Assembly (NCBI GenBank): GCA_041665345.1
Contig: JBAYJA010000001.1
Span: 457,206-521,205 of the forward strand
From: Patescibacteria group bacterium
GTDB lineage: Bacteria; Patescibacteriota; Patescibacteriia; PEXW01
Direction of reading: 5' to 3'
DNA: 64,000 nt
Shown here one piece after another: positions 38,200-47,127 of this stretch (its first letter is position 1; each line of letters opens with the position of its first letter). A model generated the notes under the pieces. The model saw only the letters and a list, made by a program, of their open reading frames with translations, did not search any database and was not told where the DNA came from. The translations under genes and the position numbers were made by a program.

Positions 38200-38424
38200 A
38201 TGAAAAAGTATTTTTTAAGCAAGTGCACAATTGTCTTGATGGTCATGCTCATGTTCATTTGTAACCTGTCGGGTTACTCCGAATGGGCAATGAGCTTACC
38301 GTCTTGGAAAAAAGAATTAATGGGGCACTTTGTCCCAAGTTGCTGCCTGTTGTTAATCATTATCATTATTGACCAGGCAACAATTCGGTGGCGCACCTCA
38401 GAAAAGGTGATAGCCAACAAATAG
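38200..38424 (+). CDS. Array ORF14, small two-TM protein
   Basis: SD AAGGAG; hydrophobic. Confidence 0.65.
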   Translation: MKKYFLSKCTIVLMVMLMFICNLSGYSEWAMSLPSWKKELMGHFVPSCCLLLIIIIIDQATIRWRTSEKVIANK

Positions 38425-38475
38425 AAGCTGTTGCAAAAAGCGATGTCATAAACATAAGTACATGGAGGTAAAAAA

Positions 38476-38859
38476 ATGAAAAGTAGCACAATTTTCTGGA
38501 TCTTCATCGCTTGCATTCTTGCTTTTGCCGCAATCCCACGCTTTGTGGCAGTTGCAGAGCTTAAACAAGCTACTAAGAGGGTGCAAGTTTTTGCCGAGGC
38601 GATCACAACGTACGCCGGTGTTGACGCTGACGGTGATAGCGTTGAGCTGCTAAAGCTCCCGGTTCATTATGAGCTGAGGGATTCGGTAGCGGCAGCCACG
38701 AAGGTCCAAACTGCGCTTGCAGTTTGGGCTACCGGTAATCCTTGGCTATCCTTCGCAAATGAGGTCTACGAGTATCGGGACAAGTACTTTGACAATGATT
38801 CAACAATCATCTCGGCTGAGTACTACGTCATCGAACCGACGCCCGTCGGTTACAAGTAA
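38476..38859 (+). CDS. Array ORF15, TM-anchored paralog of 39214-39594
   Basis: SD GGAGGT; KRVQVF, LKLPV.Y.L.DS, AEYY. Confidence 0.75.
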   Translation: MKSSTIFWIFIACILAFAAIPRFVAVAELKQATKRVQVFAEAITTYAGVDADGDSVELLKLPVHYELRDSVAAATKVQTALAVWATGNPWLSFANEVYEYRDKYFDNDSTIISAEYYVIEPTPVGYK

Positions 38860-38874
38860 ACTTTCTTTGGAATC

Positions 38875-38940
38875 GAGGTCTGCGTCAAAACCAGACCTCC
38901 CCCTCCTTAAGCTGGGACAAAAGTGTCGGCATGAGGAGGG
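38875..38940 (+). repeat. Double-hairpin element 16 (family F)
   Basis: GAGGTCTG..CAGACCTC then CCCTCCTTA..TGAGGAGGG. Confidence 0.8.
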
Positions 38941-38967
38941 AAAAAATATCAAGAAAAGGATAAATAC

Positions 38968-39099
38968 ATGAAACGAGTTTGCAACTTCTTATTCAGTCTG
39001 GTCTTATGGATTATATCCATTGACCATTGTGACAATTATGCGGGTTGTACTGTATGCCATGCGTATAAAGCGTATGCCAAGCAGCTTCGAACAAAGTAG
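38968..39099 (+). CDS. Array ORF16, 43-aa peptide (absent from ORF track)
   Basis: SD AAGGA; MKRVCNFLFSLVLWIISIDHCDNYAGCTVCHAYKAYAKQLRTK*. Confidence 0.55.
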   Translation: MKRVCNFLFSLVLWIISIDHCDNYAGCTVCHAYKAYAKQLRTK

Positions 39100-39118
39100 A
39101 TTGAACATTAAGAATACT

Positions 39119-39183
39119 GAGGTCTGCCTAACAACCAGACCTCCCTCTCCTTGAGCCCTGATGAAAATCAAGGTTGAAGGAGA
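39119..39183 (+). repeat. Double-hairpin element 17 (family F)
   Basis: GAGGTCTG..CAGACCTC then TCTCCTT..AAGGAGA. Confidence 0.8.
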
Positions 39184-39213
39184 AGAGTAAAACATTAGTA
39201 CGGAGGTATAAAG

Positions 39214-39594
39214 ATGAAAAAGAAAACATTCGCAATTATTTTTTGGGTGGTCGCTGCTTGCGTCCTCACCTGCGCTGCATATTTGGATTTTACGGATTAT
39301 GCAGAACGCGAGGATGCCGAAAAGCGAGTACAGGTTTTCCCCGACTCGATTATCTTCGTCGGGAGTAGCAGCACTACTGGGGAAGATTCATTGTTTCTAA
39401 AACTACCTGTACGCTACAATCTTGCAGATTCGTCCGGAGCATTTTTGAAGTGCTCTCACGTGCTTGCATGCTGGCTTGCTGATCATCGTTTCAAAGCACG
39501 GGTCGCAATGCGGTACAGCGAATGCGATACATACCGTGCCGACGACTCCAATACCATCGTGGTCGCGGAGTACTACTTGGTGGAAAAGAAGTAA
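39214..39594 (+). CDS. Array ORF17, TM-anchored paralog of 38476-38859
   Basis: SD GGAGGT; same motifs as ORF15. Confidence 0.75.
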   Translation: MKKKTFAIIFWVVAACVLTCAAYLDFTDYAEREDAEKRVQVFPDSIIFVGSSSTTGEDSLFLKLPVRYNLADSSGAFLKCSHVLACWLADHRFKARVAMRYSECDTYRADDSNTIVVAEYYLVEKK

Positions 39595-39609
39595 AGCTCT
39601 TTGGGAATC

Positions 39610-39672
39610 GAGGTCTGCATCTGTGGACCTCCCTCTCCTCAAGCTGGTAAAAATTATAGGTTTGAGGAGGGG
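39610..39672 (+). repeat. Double-hairpin element 18 (family F), end of array
   Basis: GAGGTCTGCA-TC-TGTGGACCTC then CCTCTCCTCAAGCT..GGTTTGAGGAGGGG. Confidence 0.8.
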
Positions 39673-39947
39673 AAAAACTTCGGAGACTCTTCGCTGCACT
39701 CAGAGTGACAGGGAAGAGCCAGGGGACTATAGTAGGGCTGGGTCTTTCCTTGGCACGCTGCGTACCTTCGTACGATCTCAGGTTACACGAGCATAAGCTG
39801 GAACTCTCTCCCAGCAGATGAACGGATGACCCGGGTATCACTCGCACGGTACCGGCGTGTCAAGCAAGGATCCAAAGGAAAGAAAGAGTTGTTGAATAGG
39901 GTGGCGAGTTTGCGTGCTGGCGAGCTGGCGCGTTGGTTTTTTTACAC

Positions 39948-39972
39948 CCAGAGCGGCTTTTCTAAGCCGCGG
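39948..39972. repeat. Dispersed palindromic repeat, copy 3
   Basis: CCAGAGCGGCTTTTCTAAGCCGCGG. Confidence 0.6.
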
Positions 39973-40066
39973 TGTTAGTTTCCCGGCGTAACCCTTACCG
40001 GTTGAAAGCCAGTACGAACGGGGAGCTTGAAAAAAGTTGAGAAAATCAGTACAGTACAGGCACTCT

Positions 40067-41689
40067 ATGTGGCAGAAACTCTGGACCAAGCTCTCCACGA
40101 CCATTCTGGGTGGGGCAATCGTCATTGGCTTTACCGGCATTATCAGCCGGGTTTTGGGTTTGGTGCGGGATCGGCTCCTGGCTTCTGAGTTTGGTGGTGG
40201 TGGCGCGTTGGATACGTACTTTGCCGCTTTCAAACTGCCTGACTTCATCTTCAACATCCTGGTGCTTGGCGCACTTTCCTCCTCTTTCATCCCGGTTTTC
40301 GTTGGGTACCTAAAACGAGCCGAGTCAGACCCGCAAGGCAAGGACGATGCCTGGCAAGTGGCGAATTCTATTCTCAACCTCCTGTTGATCGTTTTGGTGG
40401 GTTTGGGCATTCTCTTTGCCATTTTTGCGAATCATCTGGTACCGCTCATCGCTCCTGGGTTTACTGGTGAGAAGTTGGAAGAAACTGTCCACCTCACGCG
40501 CATCATGCTCCTGGCCATTGTCTTCTTTGGCGCTAGCAATATCGTTTCGGCGATTCTCAATTCTTTCAAACGGTTTTTTGCCTTTGCCTTGGCACCCGTG
40601 CTGTACAACCTGGGCATTATCGCAGGTATTCTGTTCTTTGTGCCAAAGTGGGGGATTGCTGGTCTGGCGTATGGCGTGGTGTTGGGTGCAGTTGCGCATT
40701 TGGCCATCCAAATTCCTGGCGTTATGAAGCTTGGCTTTCGGTACCGCCGCATTTTATCGTGGAAGCATCCGGGGGTGCAGCGCGTCGGGAAGCTCATGCT
40801 GCCTCGGACGTTTGGTCTAGCCGTGAACCAGATTGACCAGCTGGTCAGCACAATTATTGCCACCAGCTTGGCAGCCGGGAGTTTGACGCAATTCAACTTT
40901 GCGAACAATTTGCAAAATTTTCCCATCAACGTGTTCGGCGTGTCTTTAGCCATTGCCGTCTTTCCTGCTTTCTCCGAAGCGTTTGCCGCCAAAGACATGG
41001 GTGCATTTGTTCGGCATTTTTCGCTCACCGTTCGGCGTTTGCTGGTGGTGATGATTCCGGCGTCAGTGCTGCTGCTTATCCTGCGCGCGCAGATTGTCCG
41101 GGTCGTCGTTGGTGCCGAAGCGTTTGACTGGGACGCAACCTACCTCACTGCGCAAGTCCTGGGAGCATTTACCCTGTCGCTATTTGCGCAGGCACTCATT
41201 CCCATTCTGGCGCGTTCATTCTACGCTTTGCACGACACAGCCACCCCAGTGAAAGTTGGGATCCTGGCAGTTGCAGTGGATATTGCTGCCGCGCTGATTC
41301 TCTCCAAGCACTACGGGATTGTGGGCGTGGCCATCGCCTTCTCCCTATCAAGTTTAGTGAACATGCTACTGCTGTACATTATCCTTCGGGTACGGTTGGG
41401 GAGTTTGGACGGCGCACGGATATTCCGTTCTACCAGCCGCATTGTCATTGCCTCGCTCCTGGCGGGTATAGCCTGCTGGTCTAGCTTGCGCTTCGCAGCA
41501 CTCGGTGTTGATATGAGCCGCTTGGTGGGGATTTTCCTCCAAGGTTTGGTTGCAGGAAGTATTGGGATGGTGGTCTACCTCATTGCAGCTTCAGTACTCC
41601 GCGTTGAAGAAGTAGAAGTCTTCCGCGCGTGGTGGTATCGGGTGAAAAAATTCATTACGAATGGAAATGGAACCAAGGCGCAGGTATGA
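40067..41689 (+). CDS. murJ: Lipid II flippase MurJ
   Basis: SRVLGLVRDR, AFKLPD, FIPVF, RSFYALHDTATP; many TMs. Confidence 0.95.
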   Translation: MWQKLWTKLSTTILGGAIVIGFTGIISRVLGLVRDRLLASEFGGGGALDTYFAAFKLPDFIFNILVLGALSSSFIPVFVGYLKRAESDPQGKDDAWQVANSILNLLLIVLVGLGILFAIFANHLVPLIAPGFTGEKLEETVHLTRIMLLAIVFFGASNIVSAILNSFKRFFAFALAPVLYNLGIIAGILFFVPKWGIAGLAYGVVLGAVAHLAIQIPGVMKLGFRYRRILSWKHPGVQRVGKLMLPRTFGLAVNQIDQLVSTIIATSLAAGSLTQFNFANNLQNFPINVFGVSLAIAVFPAFSEAFAAKDMGAFVRHFSLTVRRLLVVMIPASVLLLILRAQIVRVVVGAEAFDWDATYLTAQVLGAFTLSLFAQALIPILARSFYALHDTATPVKVGILAVAVDIAAALILSKHYGIVGVAIAFSLSSLVNMLLLYIILRVRLGSLDGARIFRSTSRIVIASLLAGIACWSSLRFAALGVDMSRLVGIFLQGLVAGSIGMVVYLIAASVLRVEEVEVFRAWWYRVKKFITNGNGTKAQV

Positions 41690-41822
41690 GTACCCTGTAC
41701 CACTCACTTCGTTCGGGTACAGGGCGGGTCATTGCCCACATTGACCACCCGCGCACCAATCGTTCCGCTCGAGCGGAACTCAGGTGCGGGGCGAGATGTG
41801 CAGTCCTGATGAGGGTAATTGT

Positions 41823-43667
41823 ATGAGTAATAACATTCGTAACTTCTGTATTATTGCCCATATCGACCACGGGAAGTCCACACTTGCGGATCGGCTTTTG
41901 GAAATTACCGGCACGGTGAACAAGCGGGAGATGCGCAGCCAGCTTTTGGATCAAATGGATATTGAGCGGGAGCGTGGGATTACTATTAAGCTTGCGCCGG
42001 TCCGCATGAAGTACACGGTGGACGGGGTGGAGTATGAAATGAACTTGATTGATACCCCGGGGCATGTGGACTTTACCTACGAAGTGTCTCGCTCACTGGC
42101 TGCTGTAGAGGGTGCGGTGCTGCTGGTGGATGCCACCCAGGGTGTGGAAGCGCAGACCCTGGCCAACCTGTACTTGGCAATGGAGCAAGACCTGACCATC
42201 ATCCCAGTCATCAACAAAATTGATTTACCCAACGCTCGAGTCGAAGATTCTGAGCGCGAGTTGGTCAAGTTGCTGGGCTGCAAGCCTGAAGAAATTTTTC
42301 GGGTTTCTGGGAAAACCGGTGTGGGCGTGCCAGAACTACTGCAGGCAATTGTTGCACAAGTACCGCCACCCCGTGGCAACCCCGACGCGCCAGTACGCGC
42401 ACTGGTCTTTGATTCGACGTTTGACGACTACCGCGGCGTCATTACTTACCTCCGGGTTGTCGATGGAAAATTTGCAAAAGGTGACAAAGTCCAGTTCATT
42501 GCCACCCGCGCGACCGGGGAAATTCAAGAGCTGGGTTCGTTCCGGCCAAAGTTGCATCCTGCCACTGCGCTGGTTGCCGGTGAAATTGGGTACGTGGTCA
42601 CGGGTGTGAAGAGTGTGGCTGACGCGCGGGTGGGTGATACGCTCACCTTCACGAACCACGGAGCAGACTTGGCCCTGCCTGGGTACCGTGAAGTACGGCC
42701 CATGGTCTACGCCAGCGTGTACACCAAAGCAGGGGATGACTATCCGCTACTGCGAGAAGCCCTGGGCAAACTCCAGCTCAATGATTCTGCCTTGTTCTAC
42801 GAACCCGAGCACTCCCAAGCCTTGGGTCATGGTTTCCGCTGTGGGTTCTTGGGTTTGCTGCACTTAGACATTGTCCAAGAGCGCCTGAAGCGGGAGTACG
42901 CAATGGAGTTAATTGTCACTGTCCCCTCCGTAGCGTACAAAGTATTTTTGAATGACGCAGGCGTCCGCAACCGGCAGCGGTTGATCAAAGACCAGGACAG
43001 CAGTAAACCCACCAGCGTTCTTACCATCACCAGCCCACTTGATTTACCAGACGTGGCGCACATTGACCATATTGAAGAGCCGTGGGTGCGGCTGGACGTG
43101 GTTTGTCCGGCCACGGTCATTGGTCAGGTGCTAAAATTGATTGTGGAAAAACGAGGCCGGCATGACCGCACAGAGTACTTGGACGAGCAGCGCGTGGTTA
43201 TGCATGGACACCTGCCATTAGCTGGTATTTTGGTGGATTTCTATGATACCTTGAAGAGTGTCTCCAGTGGGTACGCCTCGTTGAACTACGATATTTCCGG
43301 GAGTGAACTGGCAGAGGTGGAGCGACTAGACATACTGGTGGCAACGGAGCGCGTGGATGCACTTTCCACGATGGTCTACACCGACGAAGCCTTCAGTGCG
43401 GGCCGCAAAATTGTGGATCGCTTGAAAAGCATCCTTCCCAAGCAAATGTTTGAAGTGAAAATCCAAGCCGCTTTGGGTGCCAAGATTATTGCGTCTGCAT
43501 CTCTCTCCGCCATGCGCAAAGATGTGACCGCGAAGTTGTACGGTGGGGATGTGACGCGTAAACGGAAGCTCTTGGAAAAGCAAAAGAAAGGCAAACGCCG
43601 AATGCGTGCCATGGGGAAAGTGGATATACCGCAAGATGCCTTCTTCGCTATCCTCCGGCGGGAGTAG
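41823..43667 (+). CDS. lepA: Elongation factor 4
   Basis: IRNFCIIAHIDHGKSTLADR, GFRCGFLGLLH, RKDVTAKLYGGD. Confidence 0.97.
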   Translation: MSNNIRNFCIIAHIDHGKSTLADRLLEITGTVNKREMRSQLLDQMDIERERGITIKLAPVRMKYTVDGVEYEMNLIDTPGHVDFTYEVSRSLAAVEGAVLLVDATQGVEAQTLANLYLAMEQDLTIIPVINKIDLPNARVEDSERELVKLLGCKPEEIFRVSGKTGVGVPELLQAIVAQVPPPRGNPDAPVRALVFDSTFDDYRGVITYLRVVDGKFAKGDKVQFIATRATGEIQELGSFRPKLHPATALVAGEIGYVVTGVKSVADARVGDTLTFTNHGADLALPGYREVRPMVYASVYTKAGDDYPLLREALGKLQLNDSALFYEPEHSQALGHGFRCGFLGLLHLDIVQERLKREYAMELIVTVPSVAYKVFLNDAGVRNRQRLIKDQDSSKPTSVLTITSPLDLPDVAHIDHIEEPWVRLDVVCPATVIGQVLKLIVEKRGRHDRTEYLDEQRVVMHGHLPLAGILVDFYDTLKSVSSGYASLNYDISGSELAEVERLDILVATERVDALSTMVYTDEAFSAGRKIVDRLKSILPKQMFEVKIQAALGAKIIASASLSAMRKDVTAKLYGGDVTRKRKLLEKQKKGKRRMRAMGKVDIPQDAFFAILRRE

Positions 43668-43671
43668 GAAC

Positions 43672-43776
43672 CTACTGCACGCCGAAGAGTGGGAGGAGCG
43701 TGAAGAAGACCATGCTGAGTGTTCCCAGAATGGCAATGACGGTCCAGAGAATTCGAATGCTTCGCTTTCGTTTCAT
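43672..43776 (-). CDS. Small single-TM protein (34 aa, DUF4044-like)
   Basis: MKRKRSIRILWTVIAILGTLSMVFFTLLPLFGVQ fills the lepA-PH gene gap. Confidence 0.5.
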   Translation of the reverse strand: MKRKRSIRILWTVIAILGTLSMVFFTLLPLFGVQ

Positions 43777-43791
43777 ACCTACTGTCGTACC

Positions 43792-44412
43792 ATGTTTGAA
43801 GGAAAAATCCAAGAAAATGTGAAAGAGGGTGAGGAGGTGCTGGCCATTGTGCGCCGCGCACCCATTGTTGCCATTCCCAGCTTCGGCATTGCTGTCCTGC
43901 TGATTATAGCACCCTTCTTCTTCCTGTATCCGTTGCTCTCCCGGGGTCCGCTGGGTACCGCGGTATTTTTCATCAGTCTCGCGCTTGGGTTGTACCTGGG
44001 TTTCCGGGCACTGTGGGTGCACCAGCTCAATGCGTTCATTCTCACCGCCGAACGGATTATTGACATTGACCAGCGTGGGCTGTTCCACCGGGTGGTGTCA
44101 GAAGCGCCGTTTGAGAACGTGCAGGACGTGAGCTACGTGGTGCACGGGTTGTTCGCCACGCTGTTGCAATATGGCTCCGTGGTAGTACAAACTGCGGGGT
44201 CAACGCCAAATTTGGAGCTCACAGGTATTCGCCGGCCCCGGCGCATCCAAGAACTCATTCTCAAATTGCAGCAAGAGCGGACGCGAGCAGATGGGACAGG
44301 CGCGCTTTCGGCTGATGAGCTTTTGGCGATGGTACACAAAATAAAGAAAGGCATTGGGGAAGAAGCTTTTCGGCGCTTGGTAGCTAAGAAGGATAACCCT
44401 GAGCAGCGCTAA
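43792..44412 (+). CDS. Membrane protein with bacterial PH domain
   Basis: Two TMs then ILTAERIIDIDQRGLFHR, VQDVS, YGSVVVQTAG. Confidence 0.8.
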   Translation: MFEGKIQENVKEGEEVLAIVRRAPIVAIPSFGIAVLLIIAPFFFLYPLLSRGPLGTAVFFISLALGLYLGFRALWVHQLNAFILTAERIIDIDQRGLFHRVVSEAPFENVQDVSYVVHGLFATLLQYGSVVVQTAGSTPNLELTGIRRPRRIQELILKLQQERTRADGTGALSADELLAMVHKIKKGIGEEAFRRLVAKKDNPEQR

Positions 44413-44417
44413 TTCCC

Positions 44418-45071
44418 ATGGCTCGCGTCTTTCCAGAGCTACCACACGCAGGGGAGCCACGGCGGCGATTGTCTTTACCAATCCCACGTTTTAGCGTTGG
44501 TCGGCTGATTAAGCTGGCAATCCTGGTAGCCATTGTCTGGGTCTTCGTCATCATCGCGCGCACAGGGCTGTGGCAGGTGCCAATCATTTCCTCCTTTGTG
44601 CAGCCCACGGCACAGCCGCTGCGTGCGGTTGAGGTGCCGCTGGAAAATCCCGCTGATTTGGTGCAACGCATGCAAGGTCTTGCCACGGGGAGAACCTTGG
44701 TTATCCGTGAAGCAGAGCTGACCGTACTGGTGCAGCAAGGTGCGAGCAAGCTCAGCGCGCCCATCACTGATGTTGCTGTGGTTACCGTCAGCGAAACGGC
44801 AGGGGAGTTAGAATTCTCCTTCCGCATACCCAAACGGCACAATGCCTTGGTGCGCCTGTGGATGCTGCCAAGTGTGAATGACGCTGGTGATCTGTTCTTC
44901 ACGGCGCGGGAAGCAAAGGTTGGTGATGTTCGGGTGCCAACCTGGAGCATTGGCGGACCAACCAAGTTACTTCTTACTTCGCAACTAGAACCAATCTTGC
45001 GCGTCGCGCCACCGCTGGAGCAAGTCTCAGCTGCTGATGGGGCACTTCGTTTCACCTTTGCGCAACCATGA
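44418..45071 (+). CDS. Hypothetical membrane-anchored protein
   Basis: TM followed by TGLWQVP; operon context. Confidence 0.7.
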   Translation: MARVFPELPHAGEPRRRLSLPIPRFSVGRLIKLAILVAIVWVFVIIARTGLWQVPIISSFVQPTAQPLRAVEVPLENPADLVQRMQGLATGRTLVIREAELTVLVQQGASKLSAPITDVAVVTVSETAGELEFSFRIPKRHNALVRLWMLPSVNDAGDLFFTAREAKVGDVRVPTWSIGGPTKLLLTSQLEPILRVAPPLEQVSAADGALRFTFAQP

Positions 45072-45832
45072 TCCTCTTCCTTCGCAGCATTCCCACCTTT
45101 CTTTTCTTTTGGGTAGGCGCCAGTGCCGCCGTTGCGGTTCGCTACCCAAGCAGTTTTTGGTACGTTGGCGCAGTGGCCGTGCTGGGTATTGCTTTGGGTA
45201 TGTGGGTCCTTACCCGAGGGCGGAAGCTACCAGTGCGGACTGGGCAACTCCTCATCTTCCCACTGTTCTTCCTTGCAACTACTTTTGGGGTGCTCCTCTT
45301 TGTGGAGCATGCCTGGGTTCAAACTGTACTTGCTGGATGTGCGGCTGGGTTACTGGGTTTTGCTACTGAGCAGATATTTCGCTTTGCCTACCAGCCTGCG
45401 CGGTACCAAGCAAATGCTCTTCATAATGTCTCCGTGCTCTTTGCTGCCATTGGGTTGGTGTTCGGCATTCTCACCCTAGCGAATCTCACCCTCTTTGCCG
45501 GGCTGTCACTTTGGCTGAGCATTGGCATTGCTGCTGTGATCCAAGCGCTGTGGGTGTGGGCGTACCTCTGGGTGAATCCACTTCCGCAAACCGTCCGGCT
45601 CCCCTGGGCTTTTAGCGTTACATTGGTGGGAGCGGCTTTGGTGTGCGTGCTCATGTGGCTCCCTCCGCTTCCCGTGGTGAAAGCCGCGCTGTACGCAGCT
45701 TTCGTGGGCCTGGCAGTGCAGGTCGCCCGGGCTGAGAGCCAAGCCGCCTCGGAGCAGCGCATTGGCTGGGCTTTCGCCCTGTATGGGCTCGTGGTACTCT
45801 TCGTAGTAGTCACTGCGCGGTGGTACGCGTAA
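45068..45832 (+). CDS. Polytopic membrane protein
   Basis: About eight TMs; ATGA overlap with upstream gene. Confidence 0.75.
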   Translation: MILFLRSIPTFLFFWVGASAAVAVRYPSSFWYVGAVAVLGIALGMWVLTRGRKLPVRTGQLLIFPLFFLATTFGVLLFVEHAWVQTVLAGCAAGLLGFATEQIFRFAYQPARYQANALHNVSVLFAAIGLVFGILTLANLTLFAGLSLWLSIGIAAVIQALWVWAYLWVNPLPQTVRLPWAFSVTLVGAALVCVLMWLPPLPVVKAALYAAFVGLAVQVARAESQAASEQRIGWAFALYGLVVLFVVVTARWYA

Positions 45833-45852
45833 CGCCACGCCAGCGAAACGCT

Positions 45853-47127
45853 ATGAAGGCAAAACCCATTCCAACTTCACCTCGCGAACGTCTGCGTGAC
45901 GAAGCGTCTGTCCAGCCAACTCCGCGTGAGCCAGGAGATGTGGAGGCATTTCTGCGTCAACCACCCACCATTGCCAAGCCCACCGTCATCCGCTTTGCTC
46001 CGGGTTTTGCGCTTTTCACTGTACTCATTGCCCTCATTGCAGGGGTGCTTGGCGCATTCTTGGTGCTCACCGGGCAACAGCAGTGGCCGTGGGTGCAGCG
46101 GTTGATCGGCCAGCCAGACACCGCTTCCACCGTCATCCGAACAACGACCACCCGGCGCGATACCCAAACGGTTTTGGCTGATGTGGCGCAGAAGCTTAGC
46201 CCAAATGTGGTGAGCATCTACGTTCGGACCCAAGCTGCGCCGCGTGAGGCGTCGCTTCTGGATCAGCTGTACGTGCCCGAAGACCGGCGGGGATTTGGAG
46301 TGATTCTCACCGAAGATGGCTTGGGTGCCACCACGCGCCAAGCAATTCCTGATCTCACCAAAGAGGTTGCCATTGTGACTGACACCAAGCAAGTTTTTCT
46401 CACCAAACTCTTCAGCGTTGATCCTGCCTCAGACCTGGTGTTCTTCCGAATGAGCGGGAAGGGATTTCCAACGGTGAATTTCGTGCAGGAAGACGCCCTA
46501 GCCATTGGCCAAGAGCTCTTCCTCCTGGGTCGCCAAGCAACTACTACAGCCATTGAACCGCACCAAGCGCTGCTCACGGCATTACGCACGTACCGGCTCA
46601 TTGACCGTTCGTACTTCTTACGATCCAGTGACCGGCTAACCGAGATTCACCAGACTGACTACCCCAGCATCGCTGGCTCACCGTACTTTACCGTTGGCGG
46701 GGAATTGGTTGGCGTGGCCACGGGCACACAGGCCGATATGATTCCCGCGGCAGTGCTGGCCAGCGCATTGGAACGATTTGCCAGCACCGGAGCAATATCC
46801 AGAAACGTGCTGGGTGTCCGCGCAATCGATTTGTCCATGGCAAAAGGGTTGCTCATTGCGCCCGCAACCGCCGGGACAGAAGGTGCGTACATTGCCGGAG
46901 ACGCTAGCCGGAATGTTGCGGCCATTACCCCCAAGAGCCCAGCTGAGCGCGCAGGGCTGCAAGCTGGGGACGTCATCCTTAAAGTTGGCGATCAAACGGT
47001 GAGTGCCCGACAGCCGCTCTCGGCGCTCATCCAAGCTGCCGGCATTCGGAGTAGTATGAACATTACCTACCGGCGAGATGGCAAGGAGCAGACCGTGCCC
47101 ATTACTCTTGAGGTAGCAAAGAGCTGA
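45853..47127 (+). CDS. HtrA/DegP-like trypsin-fold plus PDZ protein with degenerate catalytic site
   Basis: TM, LSPNVVSI, GFGVILTEDG, PDZ SPAERAGLQAGDVIL. Confidence 0.8.
   Translation: MKAKPIPTSPRERLRDEASVQPTPREPGDVEAFLRQPPTIAKPTVIRFAPGFALFTVLIALIAGVLGAFLVLTGQQQWPWVQRLIGQPDTASTVIRTTTTRRDTQTVLADVAQKLSPNVVSIYVRTQAAPREASLLDQLYVPEDRRGFGVILTEDGLGATTRQAIPDLTKEVAIVTDTKQVFLTKLFSVDPASDLVFFRMSGKGFPTVNFVQEDALAIGQELFLLGRQATTTAIEPHQALLTALRTYRLIDRSYFLRSSDRLTEIHQTDYPSIAGSPYFTVGGELVGVATGTQADMIPAAVLASALERFASTGAISRNVLGVRAIDLSMAKGLLIAPATAGTEGAYIAGDASRNVAAITPKSPAERAGLQAGDVILKVGDQTVSARQPLSALIQAAGIRSSMNITYRRDGKEQTVPITLEVAKS

Noticed and set aside
31153-39672. CRISPR array interpretation of the repeated hairpins
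   Set aside because: Spacers are about 150-700 nt and mostly contain genes, repeats differ in sequence, and no cas genes are present
31153-39672. Classical integron attC array or intrinsic terminators
   Set aside because: No intI and no RYYYAAC/GTTRRRY ends seen; the A-rich tract lies 3' of the hairpins on +, so neither strand has a hairpin followed by a U run
30533-39672. Prophage
   Set aside because: No recognisable capsid, terminase, portal, integrase or replication genes, although a phage-derived origin of the cargo cannot be excluded
39680-39860. Group II intron remnant after the array
   Set aside because: No domain V consensus found; GACTCTTCGCTGCACTCAGAGTGACA looks like a common REP-like half element
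41686-41826. Small ORF or regulatory RNA between murJ and lepA
   Set aside because: Only a REP-like hairpin (CCCTGTACC..GGTACAGGG); no further support
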